Source: Treponema sp. UBA4873 (GTDB lineage: Bacteria; Spirochaetota; Spirochaetia; Treponematales; Treponemataceae). From it: 64,000 nucleotides of DNA. Of the stretch, positions 9,231 through 19,719 are shown piece by piece. Made by a program: the position numbers and the translations under genes. The stretch covers positions 150,784 to 214,783 of the forward strand of contig DHDP01000013.1 of assembly GCA_002399405.1 (NCBI GenBank), given 5' to 3'. Position 1 is the stretch's first letter, and every line of letters begins with the position of its first letter. The notes below the pieces were generated by a model. It saw only the letters and a list, made by a program, of their open reading frames with translations, did not search any database and was not told where the DNA came from.

Positions 9231-10355
9231 TTTTCTCCGTTCTTTTATAATTTTTTTCATTACGTCGATCGTCATGGAAACGGTGTTCACCCAGCTGAAA
9301 CGTTTTGTCCACTCTATGCCGTCGGCGATCATCTTTTCACGCAGCGCCGAATCGGTGACTATTTTTTCCATAGCGGCGGCAATCTCCTCGATATTGTTCG
9401 AATCAAAATAGACTGCCGCAGGACCGCCCATTTCGGGAAGCGCACCCGCTTTCGAGCACGCGACCGGAATTCCCGTCGCCATAGCTTCCAGAACCGGAAG
9501 CCCGACGCCTTCGTTTACGGATGGAAAGATACACGCATCCGCCCCCGCATACAGCTGGGGAAAACTTTCGTGAGGGAAAAAACCTGTGAGGAAAATATCG
9601 GAAGCAGCAGCAGACTGAAACGCTGCTTTGTGAACCTCTTCGGAATACGCTCCCTCTGCGCCCGCAAGCACGAGGCGGTGCGGCAGATGCGTCCGTTCCT
9701 TAAACAGCACGAACGCCTTTATGAGCTCGATGTGTTTTTTATCCGGTCCCGCAAGACGCGAACCGTAAATAAAATACGGACGCTTTACGGCAAACGGTTT
9801 TATGTTTACTGTTTCCGCATCGATCTGCATCTGAGGAAAAAACAGCCGGTGATCTATGCCATTGTGCACGACTTCGATTTTATCCGGATCGACTCCGTTC
9901 CGAACTAAGTCCTTGCGTACGAACTGACTCGGTGCGATGACTTTCTGAGCCTTTGCAAGACCGCGTTTTACCTGCATGCGGAGCGCCCAGTCTCTGTCCT
10001 CGCGCAGCGTGTTCGAAACGATGCTGTTTACGACTGCGATACCCGGTACTCTGAAAGAAAGCGGAAGCACGCGTTCGATCGCAGGATATAAAACCACATC
10101 ATATCCGGACGATGAAACGAAGTTATTCAGCTTGAAAAAGTGCCAGAAACGTTCGGCACCGAGACTGTCGGGAACGGGAACCGCCTTGAACGGAATTTCG
10201 CGGACTGACGTATAGGTATACCGGTCAATTTCAGAACCGAAAAGTTCAAATTCAACATCAGGCAGCTGAGGAAGGTTTGCAGTAAAGGAATGGAGATATG
10301 AACCTATCCCGGAACGACCATGATCGCAGCCGAACGTGTCAATACCGACTTTCAT
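9228..10355 (-). CDS. glycosyltransferase, GT4/GT-B family
   Basis: 375 aa. C-terminal FPSVNEGVGLPVLEAMATGIPV (E-x7-E type motif). Confidence 0.75.
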   Translation of the reverse strand: MKVGIDTFGCDHGRSGIGSYLHSFTANLPQLPDVEFELFGSEIDRYTYTSVREIPFKAVPVPDSLGAERFWHFFKLNNFVSSSGYDVVLYPAIERVLPLSFRVPGIAVVNSIVSNTLREDRDWALRMQVKRGLAKAQKVIAPSQFVRKDLVRNGVDPDKIEVVHNGIDHRLFFPQMQIDAETVNIKPFAVKRPYFIYGSRLAGPDKKHIELIKAFVLFKERTHLPHRLVLAGAEGAYSEEVHKAAFQSAAASDIFLTGFFPHESFPQLYAGADACIFPSVNEGVGLPVLEAMATGIPVACSKAGALPEMGGPAAVYFDSNNIEEIAAAMEKIVTDSALREKMIADGIEWTKRFSWVNTVSMTIDVMKKIIKERRK

Positions 10356-10402
10356 AGCTCGTAATTATAGCAACATTTCGGGAATTACGCTATAGTTTTT
10401 TT

Positions 10403-11536
10403 ATGAACGAAACAAACGTATTTTCCGGGCTTTCCCGTGCAATTCAGGAGCGCCTTGCAGCACTCGCAGTTACAACCCCTACTCCCGTACAGTCAAAAGT
10501 AATACCGGAACTGCTCGCGGGGAAAAGTATTCTTTTCCAGTCGGAAACAGGTACAGGAAAAACATTTGCCTACCTTCTGCCTCTTGTTCAGAAACTTGAG
10601 GCTGCCGGAAATGACGAACACGCCGTGCGGCTGCTTGTCTGCGCACCGACGCTCGAGCTTGCTTCCCAGATACGCGATGCGGCGAAAACAGTTACATCGC
10701 TCAAAACGGCGCTTTTTCTGGGCGGCTCTCCGATAAAAAGACAGACTGATTTACTGAAGGAAAAACCGGACATCGTCATCGGAAATCCGGCGCGGCTGCT
10801 CGAGCTTATCAGACTGAAAAAACTCAGGGTAAACTGCCTTGAAGCCGCCGTCTTTGACGAAGTCGACCGCCTTGTGAAACGCGAGTCGAAGGCCGACACG
10901 GAAGCCCTCCTCGGCACATTCCCCGAACACATTCAGATAACCGGATGTTCCGCAACTATAACGGGCGCAGTCCGCCAGTTCTTTTCGGGACTCGATTCCG
11001 TCGTCATGCCGCCGGAGGACGTGCTCCGAGAGCGCATTACGCACTGGGCGCTCTATGCGGAGCAGCGGGACAAGGTTGATACGCTTCGCAGTCTGCTTGT
11101 CGCTTTACGTCCGGAAAAAGCGCTCATATTTACGAGCCGCGCCGATCAGGTTGAGAACATCGTATCGAAACTGCTGTACAAGAAAATCGACTGCGCAGGA
11201 CTTCATGCAAAGGAAGACAAAACCGACAGAAAATCCGCGATCGACCGTTTCCGCAGCGGAAAATGCCGCATACTCGTCACAAGCGACGTTGCGGCGCGCG
11301 GACTCGACATTCCTGACATAACGCACGTGATTCAGATGGATCTCCCTGACGACGACGATTTTTTCATCCATCGCGCGGGGCGTACGGCGAGAGCAGGCAG
11401 AACGGGAACTAATATCGTTATCGGAGACGAATACGAAATGCGCCGGTACAGTTCGCTTGAAAAAAAGCTTAAAATTACGGTTTATCCGAAGATACTATAC
11501 GGCGGGAAAGTAACCGTACCTCAGGACGTACAATAA
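10403..11536 (+). CDS. DEAD-box ATP-dependent RNA helicase (motif II reads DEVD)
   Basis: Q-motif-like PTPVQ, Walker A SETGTGKTFAYLLP, motif II FDEVDRL, SAT, HRAGRTARAG. Confidence 0.85.
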   Translation: MNETNVFSGLSRAIQERLAALAVTTPTPVQSKVIPELLAGKSILFQSETGTGKTFAYLLPLVQKLEAAGNDEHAVRLLVCAPTLELASQIRDAAKTVTSLKTALFLGGSPIKRQTDLLKEKPDIVIGNPARLLELIRLKKLRVNCLEAAVFDEVDRLVKRESKADTEALLGTFPEHIQITGCSATITGAVRQFFSGLDSVVMPPEDVLRERITHWALYAEQRDKVDTLRSLLVALRPEKALIFTSRADQVENIVSKLLYKKIDCAGLHAKEDKTDRKSAIDRFRSGKCRILVTSDVAARGLDIPDITHVIQMDLPDDDDFFIHRAGRTARAGRTGTNIVIGDEYEMRRYSSLEKKLKITVYPKILYGGKVTVPQDVQ

Positions 11537-11639
11537 ATCAGGAGTACTTCAAAAGCAAACATACGTTCAAAAGCCGCTATGTTGATTGACCTCCCTATAA
11601 ACGTTATAATTAGAGGATAGTTTTATATGCGAGGTTCAT

Positions 11640-14600
11640 GTGTTTCTTAAAAGTCTAGACATTTTCGGTTTCAAATCCTTTGCGGACCGTACACATATTG
11701 ATTTTTCAGACGGAATTACGGCATTGCTCGGCCCGAACGGGTGCGGCAAGAGCAATGTCGTCGATTCCATAAAATGGGTACTGGCGGAGAACAAATCAAA
11801 GAACCTGCGCGCGGACAAAATGGAAGACGTTATCTTTAACGGGACGGAACGGCGTTCTCCGCTCAACGTCGCAGAAGTGACGCTCACTATCATGAATGAA
11901 AACGGGCTGCTTCCGCTGGAAGAGCCGGAAATAGCTATAAAACGGCGCCTGTACCGTTCGGGCGAAAGCGAATACTTTATCAACAACAGACAGGCAGGTC
12001 CGAAGGAAATCCGTTCGCTGTTCATGGATACAGGCATCGGAAAAGCGGCCTACTCCGTCATGGAACAGGGAAAAATCGACCAGATTCTTTCGAGCAAACC
12101 GGAGGACAGGCGCTATCTTTTTGAAGAGGCCGCAGGAATCAGCCGCAGCAAGGCTGAATGCGCGGAAGCGGAACGGGAGCTTGAGCGCACGCGCGTAAAC
12201 ATGCAGCAGATAGAAGTCGCGCTTGCGGAAATAAAACGCTCGTACGACACGCTTAAAGTACAGGCTGACAAGACAACAAAATACCGCAGCGTAAAAGACG
12301 AAATTTTCAACGACGAGCTCGATCTGACGCTGCTCAAGCTCAAGAACTTCGTGCAGGATAAAGCTCACAACGAAGAAGAACTCAAGCTTATTGAAAAAAA
12401 ACGCGATCAGGTGCGCAGGGAAATAGACGAAATCAACAACACGCTTTCCGAGAACATGGACAAAGTAAAGGCCATGCAGGAACAGGTGTACGCGAAGCAG
12501 GCCGACCTTATCGGTATACAGAAGGAAAAAAGCGGTAAACAGGATCTCGTCAAGCAGTTCAACGTGCGCGCCTCCGAAATACGGGAAAAAATCGGACAGC
12601 TGGAAGCGCATAAAAAGGCAATTCAGGACCAGATAGACAGTCTCACCGAAGAAATCGACGATCAGGAAGCGCAGCTTCACGAAAAGACGAAGCAGCTCGC
12701 GGACATCCAGAAAAACATCACTTCGTTTCAGAAAAATATAGAGACTGCAGGCAGTCAGATTACCGAAAACGACAGTCAGGCCGACGAAGCGAAAAAACAG
12801 ATTGCCGCACTCGGTGACGAGCGGGCGAAACTTCAGAAAGATCTGGCAGCCATTACCGAAGACATCGTTACGATGCTCGACGCGAAACTTAAGGACGCGG
12901 GATTTTCCGAAAGCGCAATGGCAAACGCGAAGGAAACGCTCGACAACGTTCTCGGCAGACTGAAAGTATTCACCGAAGGACGCAAAAACATTTTTTCCGA
13001 TTTTGCCGCGAACAGCTCGCATTCCGCCGATGACTGCGTAAAAACAGTGCGTGAAGCGGCCGACGCTTTTTCGGAAACGGGAAAACTCGTTGCTCAGCTT
13101 GAAAGTGCGCTCGGCGACTACATGAAGGCGTCTCCGGCGTTCATCACGGAATTCCTCGCTCCTGAAGGAATCATGACGAAAAAACGGGCCATCGATTCGA
13201 AGATTCAGGAAAATCTCACTCATATTGCGGCAATCAACGCCCACATAGACGAGCTGCACGCCGCAAACGCCGGACTCGTCGAAAAAATCAACGAATATAA
13301 GGAAACGCTTGGCAGGCTCAGAATAAACGAAGTGCAGATGAAGGAGCAGATTTCCGCCTCCGAACAGCAGGCCTCCATTCTGCGCCGTTCGCTCACGTCG
13401 CAGCAGAACACGCTGCGCGACACGGACGACGAACTTGTTAATGAAAACAAACACGCAGCGGATTTGAACGATCAGATTTCAGACGTTCAGGACGAGCTTG
13501 CGGAAATAGAGCAGAAAGGCATTGCGCTCGCGGACGAGCTTAAAACACTCGACGAGGGCATCGCAAAATGCAACAGCAGTGTTTCCGGCAAACAGAACGC
13601 GCTCAGGAAAAAACAGGAAGAACAGAACAGATGCCAGGAACAGTATGAAAAGCTCACGCTGTCGCTTGCCTCATCCGACACGGAAATCCGCAATGTCAAA
13701 CAGAACTTTCAGGATATGCATTCCCGCGACCTTATGGAATTCGAGGAGCGTATGTACAAGATTACGACGCCGTCTGCCGATATCCGCGAAAAACTTACAG
13801 CGGCAAAGGACAGACTCAAGGATCTGGGACAGGTGAACCTTATGGCGCCCGAGGAATTCACCGAGGTAAAGGAACGGTATGAACGACAGCAGGCGAACTA
13901 CGAGGACACAAAGAAGAGCCTCGAAAACCTGCAGCGTGTTTCGGAGGAAATCAAATCGAAATCGTCCGAAATGTTCCTCGATACGTACAATAAAATCAAG
14001 AAAAATTTCCACAATATGTTCCGCAGGCTGTTCAACGGCGGACGCGGAGAGCTCCGGCTTGAAGATCCGGAGAACGTGCTCACGAGCGGCATCGACATCT
14101 TTGCGCAGCCGCCCGGAAAGAAACTGGAGAACATCGCGCTGCTCTCAGGCGGTGAAAAGACGATGACTGCTGTCGCCCTCCTCTTCGCGACATATCAGGT
14201 CCGTCCGTCGCCGTTCTGTCTTCTTGATGAAATCGACGCTGCGCTCGACGACAAGAACGTCTCGAGTTTCGTCACGACGCTTCGTTCGTTCGCGAACGTA
14301 AGCCAGTACATCGTCATCACGCACAACAAGAAAACAGTTATGGGCGCAAGTACCATGCTCGGCATAACGATGGAAGAGTCGGGCGTGTCGAAGATTCTCG
14401 CGCTCCGTCTCGATAAGGACATCAAGCTCGGAGCAGCAATTCCCGAACCTGACGGGGACTTCGTCGAAGAGGACGTCGAGCCCGAAACGGCTGTCATTCC
14501 GCCGAGACCTGCAAAACGGATTCACACCCCCGACGGTTCCGTCATTGACCCGGAGCGCGGAAAACAGGTCCGGGCCGAAAAAGAACTCGAAAAGGAAGCT

Positions 14601-14711
14601 GCTGAAAAGGTAAAATCACCGGAAAAGAAACAGCCGGAAGAAAAGAAAAATCAGCAGGAAATGAAAGCTGATTCTGCCGCCGGAGATGAACAGGCCGGCG
14701 ACGAGGAATAA
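11640..14711 (+). CDS. smc: chromosome partition protein Smc
   Basis: 1023 aa, GTG start. N-terminal FKSF..GPNGCGKSN, long coiled coil, C-terminal LSGGEKTMTAVALLFA and LLDEIDAALD. Confidence 0.92.
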   Translation: MFLKSLDIFGFKSFADRTHIDFSDGITALLGPNGCGKSNVVDSIKWVLAENKSKNLRADKMEDVIFNGTERRSPLNVAEVTLTIMNENGLLPLEEPEIAIKRRLYRSGESEYFINNRQAGPKEIRSLFMDTGIGKAAYSVMEQGKIDQILSSKPEDRRYLFEEAAGISRSKAECAEAERELERTRVNMQQIEVALAEIKRSYDTLKVQADKTTKYRSVKDEIFNDELDLTLLKLKNFVQDKAHNEEELKLIEKKRDQVRREIDEINNTLSENMDKVKAMQEQVYAKQADLIGIQKEKSGKQDLVKQFNVRASEIREKIGQLEAHKKAIQDQIDSLTEEIDDQEAQLHEKTKQLADIQKNITSFQKNIETAGSQITENDSQADEAKKQIAALGDERAKLQKDLAAITEDIVTMLDAKLKDAGFSESAMANAKETLDNVLGRLKVFTEGRKNIFSDFAANSSHSADDCVKTVREAADAFSETGKLVAQLESALGDYMKASPAFITEFLAPEGIMTKKRAIDSKIQENLTHIAAINAHIDELHAANAGLVEKINEYKETLGRLRINEVQMKEQISASEQQASILRRSLTSQQNTLRDTDDELVNENKHAADLNDQISDVQDELAEIEQKGIALADELKTLDEGIAKCNSSVSGKQNALRKKQEEQNRCQEQYEKLTLSLASSDTEIRNVKQNFQDMHSRDLMEFEERMYKITTPSADIREKLTAAKDRLKDLGQVNLMAPEEFTEVKERYERQQANYEDTKKSLENLQRVSEEIKSKSSEMFLDTYNKIKKNFHNMFRRLFNGGRGELRLEDPENVLTSGIDIFAQPPGKKLENIALLSGGEKTMTAVALLFATYQVRPSPFCLLDEIDAALDDKNVSSFVTTLRSFANVSQYIVITHNKKTVMGASTMLGITMEESGVSKILALRLDKDIKLGAAIPEPDGDFVEEDVEPETAVIPPRPAKRIHTPDGSVIDPERGKQVRAEKELEKEAAEKVKSPEKKQPEEKKNQQEMKADSAAGDEQAGDEE

Positions 14712-14714
14712 CGG

Positions 14715-15083
14715 ATGTTCGACAAAGACGCTTTTTTTGAAAACATAAAGGAGCTCTTTACAGGCGATAAAAAAATCACCGCATACGTTTCATGCGCGCT
14801 TATTATCATGACGTGTACGGCGCTCACGGTTTTCATCGTCCAGAAGACAAAGAAACCTGCCGCCGTACAGAGCGGCGAGCGGGAGCTCGTTGCCGACCAG
14901 AAACTGCTCGTTCCCGACGGACCTGAAGTACAGAAAGGATACATCACTGCACGCCGGACAAAGGACAAATGGGACGACGCTGATGCGGAACGGTGGCTTA
15001 CGCTGCCGTCTAAAAAAGAACTCGACGATCTGGGCCGCGCAAACGATCAGCTGGTTCTCGATATCACAGGAGCTGCTCCGTGA
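14715..15083 (+). CDS. hypothetical membrane-anchored protein
   Basis: 122 aa with one predicted TM segment (YVSCALIIMTCTALTVFIV). Overlaps the next gene by 4 nt. Confidence 0.5.
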   Translation: MFDKDAFFENIKELFTGDKKITAYVSCALIIMTCTALTVFIVQKTKKPAAVQSGERELVADQKLLVPDGPEVQKGYITARRTKDKWDDADAERWLTLPSKKELDDLGRANDQLVLDITGAAP

Positions 15084-16651
15084 AAAAAATCAGCATACTT
15101 CCCGCAGCGGCTGCCGTGCTGCTCCTGTCCGTTTCATGCGCATCTGTACCGAAAACACAGCCGCCGGCTGAAAGTGTTCCGGCGGGACCGTCCGAACAGA
15201 TTTCTCAGGAGCAGTCCGCTGATGCAGAAAAACAGGACGCAGGGACGAAAGAAGCGTACGGTGATTTATCCGAGCCCGTTGCTTCCGATATTCCCGAAGG
15301 TTCAACTCCCGCTGCATCTCAACCGGAGCCTGAAGCGGCTGTCCCGTCTTCAGGCGGATTTGAAGAGCCTGTCGTACGCGACGAACCGTATGTTGAAAAA
15401 ACAGCAGCGTCTGAAAAAGAGGCCGCTGCACCGACAGAAACGGCTGTCCCTGAGGTTTCGGAACCGAAGCCCTCAGTACGGACACAGGCGGCTTCTGAAA
15501 CAAAGCCTGCAGTACAGGTGCCGTCGGCAGAACGGACGGACGCAGCCGCAGGTGCTGATGAGACAACGCCCGTAAAACGCGCCGCTGACGCACAGCGGAT
15601 TTCATCCGCAGGCGGAACCGTGTCTCAGCCGGAAACCACCGCGGATGTACAAAAGAGGGAAAGTACCGCCGTACCGGCGGAACCGGAGACTGCGGCGACT
15701 TCTGCCGGCGGCGGAACGCAGGCGGCAGAGGAATCGGAAAAGCCCGTTCCATCACGCTCGGTCACGCTCGATAGAAATCAGTATCTCGACGTCGCATACC
15801 CCGGCACCGGGTGGATATATCTCGGCGAGACTGACGGTACGAAGAACATGACGTTCTTCGGCCGGAAACTCGGCGAAACGGACACGTCGTTTACGCTCCG
15901 CGCGCGGAACACAGGCAGATCGCTTCTTCATTTTTACAAGAACGATGCGCTTACGGGAAATTACATCGACGATTATCTCGAGGTGAACGTCGCGGACAAG
16001 GATGCTTCGACGCAGGAACACGTTACGGCTCCCTCGTATGCCGATGCAGTTCCGCCCCGCCCGTCATCCGCAGTTGCAGAATCGCGGGAAGCGGACGACT
16101 TGCTCAAAACGGGCGGAACAAATTCCGGTGCACCTGCTGCTGCAGACTCCCGGATTCAGAATACGGAAACACAGCCGGCGGGCACACCGTCCGCATCAGC
16201 GGAAGAGGCTCCCGTCAAAACAGTCATCCAGACGACCGAATCGGCGCCGGAAAGCAGGTCAGGCAGTACGCCGCAGAACACAGCCGACAGAACGGGGGCG
16301 GCCCCCTCGTCACAGGCAGGCTCTTCGGGTGCACCTGCCGTGCCGGATGAACAAACAATGAACGAAAGCGCGGACAGCCTGCTCAAAGATGCACAGGACG
16401 CATACAATGCAAAACAGTACGAAAAGGCGCAGGCACTGCTCGCTGTTTTCTTCGATAAAGCCGTAACGCGCATCGACGAGGGATTATATCTGCAGGGGCA
16501 GATTCTGGAAGCAAAATCCTCAATTCAGAATATAAAAGGCGCGATAGATTCGTATGAAATACTTATGAAAAACTGGCCGGACAGTCAGCTTTGGCAGAAT
16601 GCCCGCCAGCGTGACATTTACTTACACCGTATGTATATCGATATACGATAA
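15080..16651 (+). CDS. hypothetical lipoprotein with a long P/A/E/T/S-rich low-complexity region and a structured C-terminal part
   Basis: Signal peptide plus lipobox (LLLSVSC). About 200 aa of compositionally biased sequence. C-terminal helical repeat-like segment (YNAKQYEKAQALL..). Confidence 0.6.
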   Translation: MKKISILPAAAAVLLLSVSCASVPKTQPPAESVPAGPSEQISQEQSADAEKQDAGTKEAYGDLSEPVASDIPEGSTPAASQPEPEAAVPSSGGFEEPVVRDEPYVEKTAASEKEAAAPTETAVPEVSEPKPSVRTQAASETKPAVQVPSAERTDAAAGADETTPVKRAADAQRISSAGGTVSQPETTADVQKRESTAVPAEPETAATSAGGGTQAAEESEKPVPSRSVTLDRNQYLDVAYPGTGWIYLGETDGTKNMTFFGRKLGETDTSFTLRARNTGRSLLHFYKNDALTGNYIDDYLEVNVADKDASTQEHVTAPSYADAVPPRPSSAVAESREADDLLKTGGTNSGAPAAADSRIQNTETQPAGTPSASAEEAPVKTVIQTTESAPESRSGSTPQNTADRTGAAPSSQAGSSGAPAVPDEQTMNESADSLLKDAQDAYNAKQYEKAQALLAVFFDKAVTRIDEGLYLQGQILEAKSSIQNIKGAIDSYEILMKNWPDSQLWQNARQRDIYLHRMYIDIR

Positions 16652-16677
16652 CCGGTGTTCAACGATGTGGAGGTCGT

Positions 16678-17388
16678 ATGAAAAAAATTTTTGAATCGAT
16701 GGTCCTGCTTATTGCAGCATGCATGTTGTTTTCCTGCACTGTCAATAAACCTGCTGAAGCACCGCGGACAATAACAGTGAACGGTACGGGAACAGTAAGT
16801 GCGGAACCGGATCAGGCATCCATCATCGTTTCCGTCGTTACGCAGGAATGGGTGGCAAAGCAGGCTGCCGACGAAAACGCCGCAGCGATGACGAAAGTAC
16901 GCGACGCCGTCATTGCCGCAGGAATCAGGGCAGACGACATCACGACGACGGACTACAGCATTGCCCGCCAGGACACATGGTCGAACGGCCGCAGCTGGCC
17001 CGGAAAATATCAGGTGCGGAACAGCCTTAACATCACTATAAAAAACACGTCTCTCGCAAGCACGGTGATAGACACGGCAGTCGCAGCCGGCGCGAACGAA
17101 CTTACTTCTCTCTCGTTCAGTGTCGCCGATACTTCTTCCCTTGTCCGGCAGGCACGAACGCTCGCCGTTCAGCAGGCTCAGGATGCGGCATCCCTTTTAG
17201 CCGGTGCGAGCGGCTGTAAAATCGGACAGGTTGTCAGCATTTCGGAAAACAATAATTCCGGCGCGCGTCTTCTGAGCAAAACGTTCAAAGCGGAAGCGGC
17301 AATGGCTGTTGCGGACGCCTCGACACCCGTGTCCGCCGGAAAGATAGAAGTCAGTTCGAACGTTACAATAACGTACGCCTTGCAATAA
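16678..17388 (+). CDS. SIMPL/DUF541-family lipoprotein
   Basis: Lipobox MLFSC. ITVNGTGTVSAEPDQASIIVSV and the C-terminal GKIEVSSNVTITY pattern are typical of SIMPL (26 kDa periplasmic immunogenic protein) family members. Confidence 0.7.
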   Translation: MKKIFESMVLLIAACMLFSCTVNKPAEAPRTITVNGTGTVSAEPDQASIIVSVVTQEWVAKQAADENAAAMTKVRDAVIAAGIRADDITTTDYSIARQDTWSNGRSWPGKYQVRNSLNITIKNTSLASTVIDTAVAAGANELTSLSFSVADTSSLVRQARTLAVQQAQDAASLLAGASGCKIGQVVSISENNNSGARLLSKTFKAEAAMAVADASTPVSAGKIEVSSNVTITYALQ

Positions 17389-17448
17389 AAGCTTTTTGCA
17401 GTTAATATAATGATTCATCAAATAAAATAAGTTAAGGAAGAAAACCGA

Positions 17449-18747
17449 ATGCTCGATTATAAATTTATTAAAGACAATCTCGATGCTGTAAAACAGAATA
17501 TCATCAACCGAAACATGGTCGCGGACGCCGATCTTGTCGTAAAACTGTACGACGAGCGCACTGCCCTTACGACAAAACTGCAGCAGCTCCAGCAGAAACG
17601 CAACGAGAATGCCGCCGCGATGAAAGCGAAAATGGACGACGCAAAACGGCAGGAGCTTATTGCGGCCGGAAAACAGCTTAAGGACGATATTTCCGCAGCT
17701 GAAAAGGAACTGACCGACATTGAACCGAAACTCGAGGAGGCTGCCCGCAGGATTCCGAATATGGCAAATCCCGAAGCGCCCGTCGGCAAAGTCGACACGG
17801 AAAATCTTGAGGTAAAAAAAGTCGGCAATCCGCGCAAATTTTCCTTCAAACCGAAGGATCACGTAGAGCTCGGAGAATCGCTCGACATAATCGATTTTGA
17901 CCGCGGAACGAAAGTTTCCGGGCAGAAATTCTACTATCTTAAAAACGAGGCGGTTTTTCTTGAGCAGGCGCTTATCATGTACGCGCTCAATACGCTCCGC
18001 AAACACGGTTTTACACCGTTCATCACGCCAGACGTCGCAAAACAGGAAGTTCTGCAGGGCATAGGATTCAATCCGCGCGGAAACGAATCGAACGTCTACT
18101 GCATTGAAGACGAAGGCACTTGTCTCGTCGCGACGGCGGAGATTACGCTCGGAGGATATCATTCGGGCGAAATACTCGATAAGTCGAAACTTCCGCTTTT
18201 TTACTGCGGACTTTCCCACTGCTTCCGCCGCGAGGCGGGCGCCGCAGGACACTTCAGCAAAGGTCTGTACCGCGTACATCAGTTCGATAAAGTCGAAATG
18301 TTCGTCTACTGCCTTCCCGAAGAGTCGGACAAACTTCACGAGAAGCTCCGTCTCATTGAAGAGGAAATATTTACCGGTCTCGGACTTCCGTTCCGCGTCG
18401 TGGATACGTGTACCGGCGACCTGGGCGCACCGGCGTACCGCAAGTGGGATCTTGAAGCATGGATGCCCGGAAGAACCGACGATGCTCACCCCGACGGAGA
18501 TTACGGCGAAGTCACATCCACTTCAAACTGCACCGATTATCAGGCACGCCGTCTTAACATAAAGTATAAGGACGACGACGGCAAAAACAAATACGTTCAT
18601 ATGCTCAACGGCACTGCAATAGCAGTCGGAAGAGCGATGCTTGCCGTACTTGAAAACTATCAGAATGAGGACGGTTCGGTCACTGTTCCCGAAGTTCTCA
18701 GACCGATCTGCGGATTCGACAAAATCGGACCGAAAGCCGGGAAGTAA
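17449..18747 (+). CDS. serS: seryl-tRNA synthetase
   Basis: N-terminal coiled-coil arm. Class II motifs (FRREAGAAG, GEVTSTSNCTDYQARRL, LNGTAIAVGR). Confidence 0.92.
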   Translation: MLDYKFIKDNLDAVKQNIINRNMVADADLVVKLYDERTALTTKLQQLQQKRNENAAAMKAKMDDAKRQELIAAGKQLKDDISAAEKELTDIEPKLEEAARRIPNMANPEAPVGKVDTENLEVKKVGNPRKFSFKPKDHVELGESLDIIDFDRGTKVSGQKFYYLKNEAVFLEQALIMYALNTLRKHGFTPFITPDVAKQEVLQGIGFNPRGNESNVYCIEDEGTCLVATAEITLGGYHSGEILDKSKLPLFYCGLSHCFRREAGAAGHFSKGLYRVHQFDKVEMFVYCLPEESDKLHEKLRLIEEEIFTGLGLPFRVVDTCTGDLGAPAYRKWDLEAWMPGRTDDAHPDGDYGEVTSTSNCTDYQARRLNIKYKDDDGKNKYVHMLNGTAIAVGRAMLAVLENYQNEDGSVTVPEVLRPICGFDKIGPKAGK

Positions 18748-18789
18748 TCGGCTGGGTGAACCGGACGGAAAATTTCCACTGACGAAAAA

Positions 18790-19719
18790 TCAGAGGAATA
18801 ACTTCTTCGTCGCCTTTTCATACATGAAGCGCTTGTCTTCCTCCTGCAGCGACGTATACACACAGTCCGCGCATACGCGCTTTCTGTCGCCGCTGCAGTA
18901 AATTTTCGCCGGTACGCACGTGGCGAATACGTCGCGCTTCGCCACCGGTCCCTGTCTGAGCATGAATGACATTCTGAGCGCGTATTCGGCTCCCTGCGAC
19001 AGCGGGAACGTCTCGTTGGCGCTGCCGAACACTATCCGCTCGTGGTCCACATACAGAATATTGAACGGTTTTACCCGCCCCTCCACCGCTTCCAGCGAGT
19101 TTGTCACTTCAACGAGATATCTGCATACGGGAATGAGCTGAATCCCGTTTCCCGCCGTTTTTTCCTTTTTGGCTTCGGCGACGAACTGCTCGAGGTATGT
19201 CTTCGCTTTTTTCTGGTCGGCAAGCGGAATTGTGCTCCATGCGGGACGCGTGAAAAGCTCGAACCCGTCGCCGGGAATGCAGTTGATGTTCACTTCGGCT
19301 TTGTTGCTGCAGGAATAATAAATTGAAGCGGAAAAATCGTAATCGTGTCGTATTTCCACATCCGCAATGCGGTGTATTACAGCCGGAATCACGAGGGCAA
19401 GACCGGACTTTATCGATTTCATTTCCGTCGTGAAGTAAAGACCTACGCGGTTAAAATAAAATTCCACGCGTACCTGTCTTCCCGCAAATCCGATCACCGA
19501 CTGGGGAGGATTCTTCAGCAGAATGATTCCTTTGTCGAGCACCGTAATCTGCTCGGCCTTCAGCGCGACGGGAAAAACGGCGGACAAAAGCGGTCTGATT
19601 TTATCGTCATCACCTTCCGTTTTTTTATCGACAGGCGTCACGGTGACGGGAACGTTGCCGTCTATTAAATATTGAAGTACAAGCTGTCTTTCAATTCCCG
19701 TAAGATCTTTATTTTCCAT
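18790..19719 (-). CDS. hypothetical protein (possibly a tandem PilZ-like beta-barrel; weak)
   Basis: 309 aa with no diagnostic motif recognised. Coding-looking, and overlaps the upstream gene end by 11 nt. Confidence 0.45.
   Translation of the reverse strand: MENKDLTGIERQLVLQYLIDGNVPVTVTPVDKKTEGDDDKIRPLLSAVFPVALKAEQITVLDKGIILLKNPPQSVIGFAGRQVRVEFYFNRVGLYFTTEMKSIKSGLALVIPAVIHRIADVEIRHDYDFSASIYYSCSNKAEVNINCIPGDGFELFTRPAWSTIPLADQKKAKTYLEQFVAEAKKEKTAGNGIQLIPVCRYLVEVTNSLEAVEGRVKPFNILYVDHERIVFGSANETFPLSQGAEYALRMSFMLRQGPVAKRDVFATCVPAKIYCSGDRKRVCADCVYTSLQEEDKRFMYEKATKKLFL

Noticed and set aside
7999-9312. 437-aa minus-strand ORF covering clpX
   Set aside because: It lies antisense to a gene with unmistakable ClpX motifs. 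The translation is R/F/H-rich with no recognisable domain, which marks it as a shadow ORF in GC-moderate coding DNA.
11796-13454. 552-aa minus-strand ORF inside smc
   Set aside because: It lies antisense to the Smc coiled-coil region. The repetitive E/K/Q codons on the sense strand give a stop-poor F/L-rich antisense frame. It has no start context and no motif.
15090-16473. Several 100-220-aa ORFs in other frames and strands within the low-complexity lipoprotein gene
   Set aside because: They are by-products of the biased P/A/E/T codon composition. Only the frame with signal peptide, lipobox and structured C-terminus is credible.
17197-18489. 430-aa minus-strand ORF overlapping serS and the SIMPL gene end
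   Set aside because: It lies antisense to a clear class II seryl-tRNA synthetase and has no motifs of its own.
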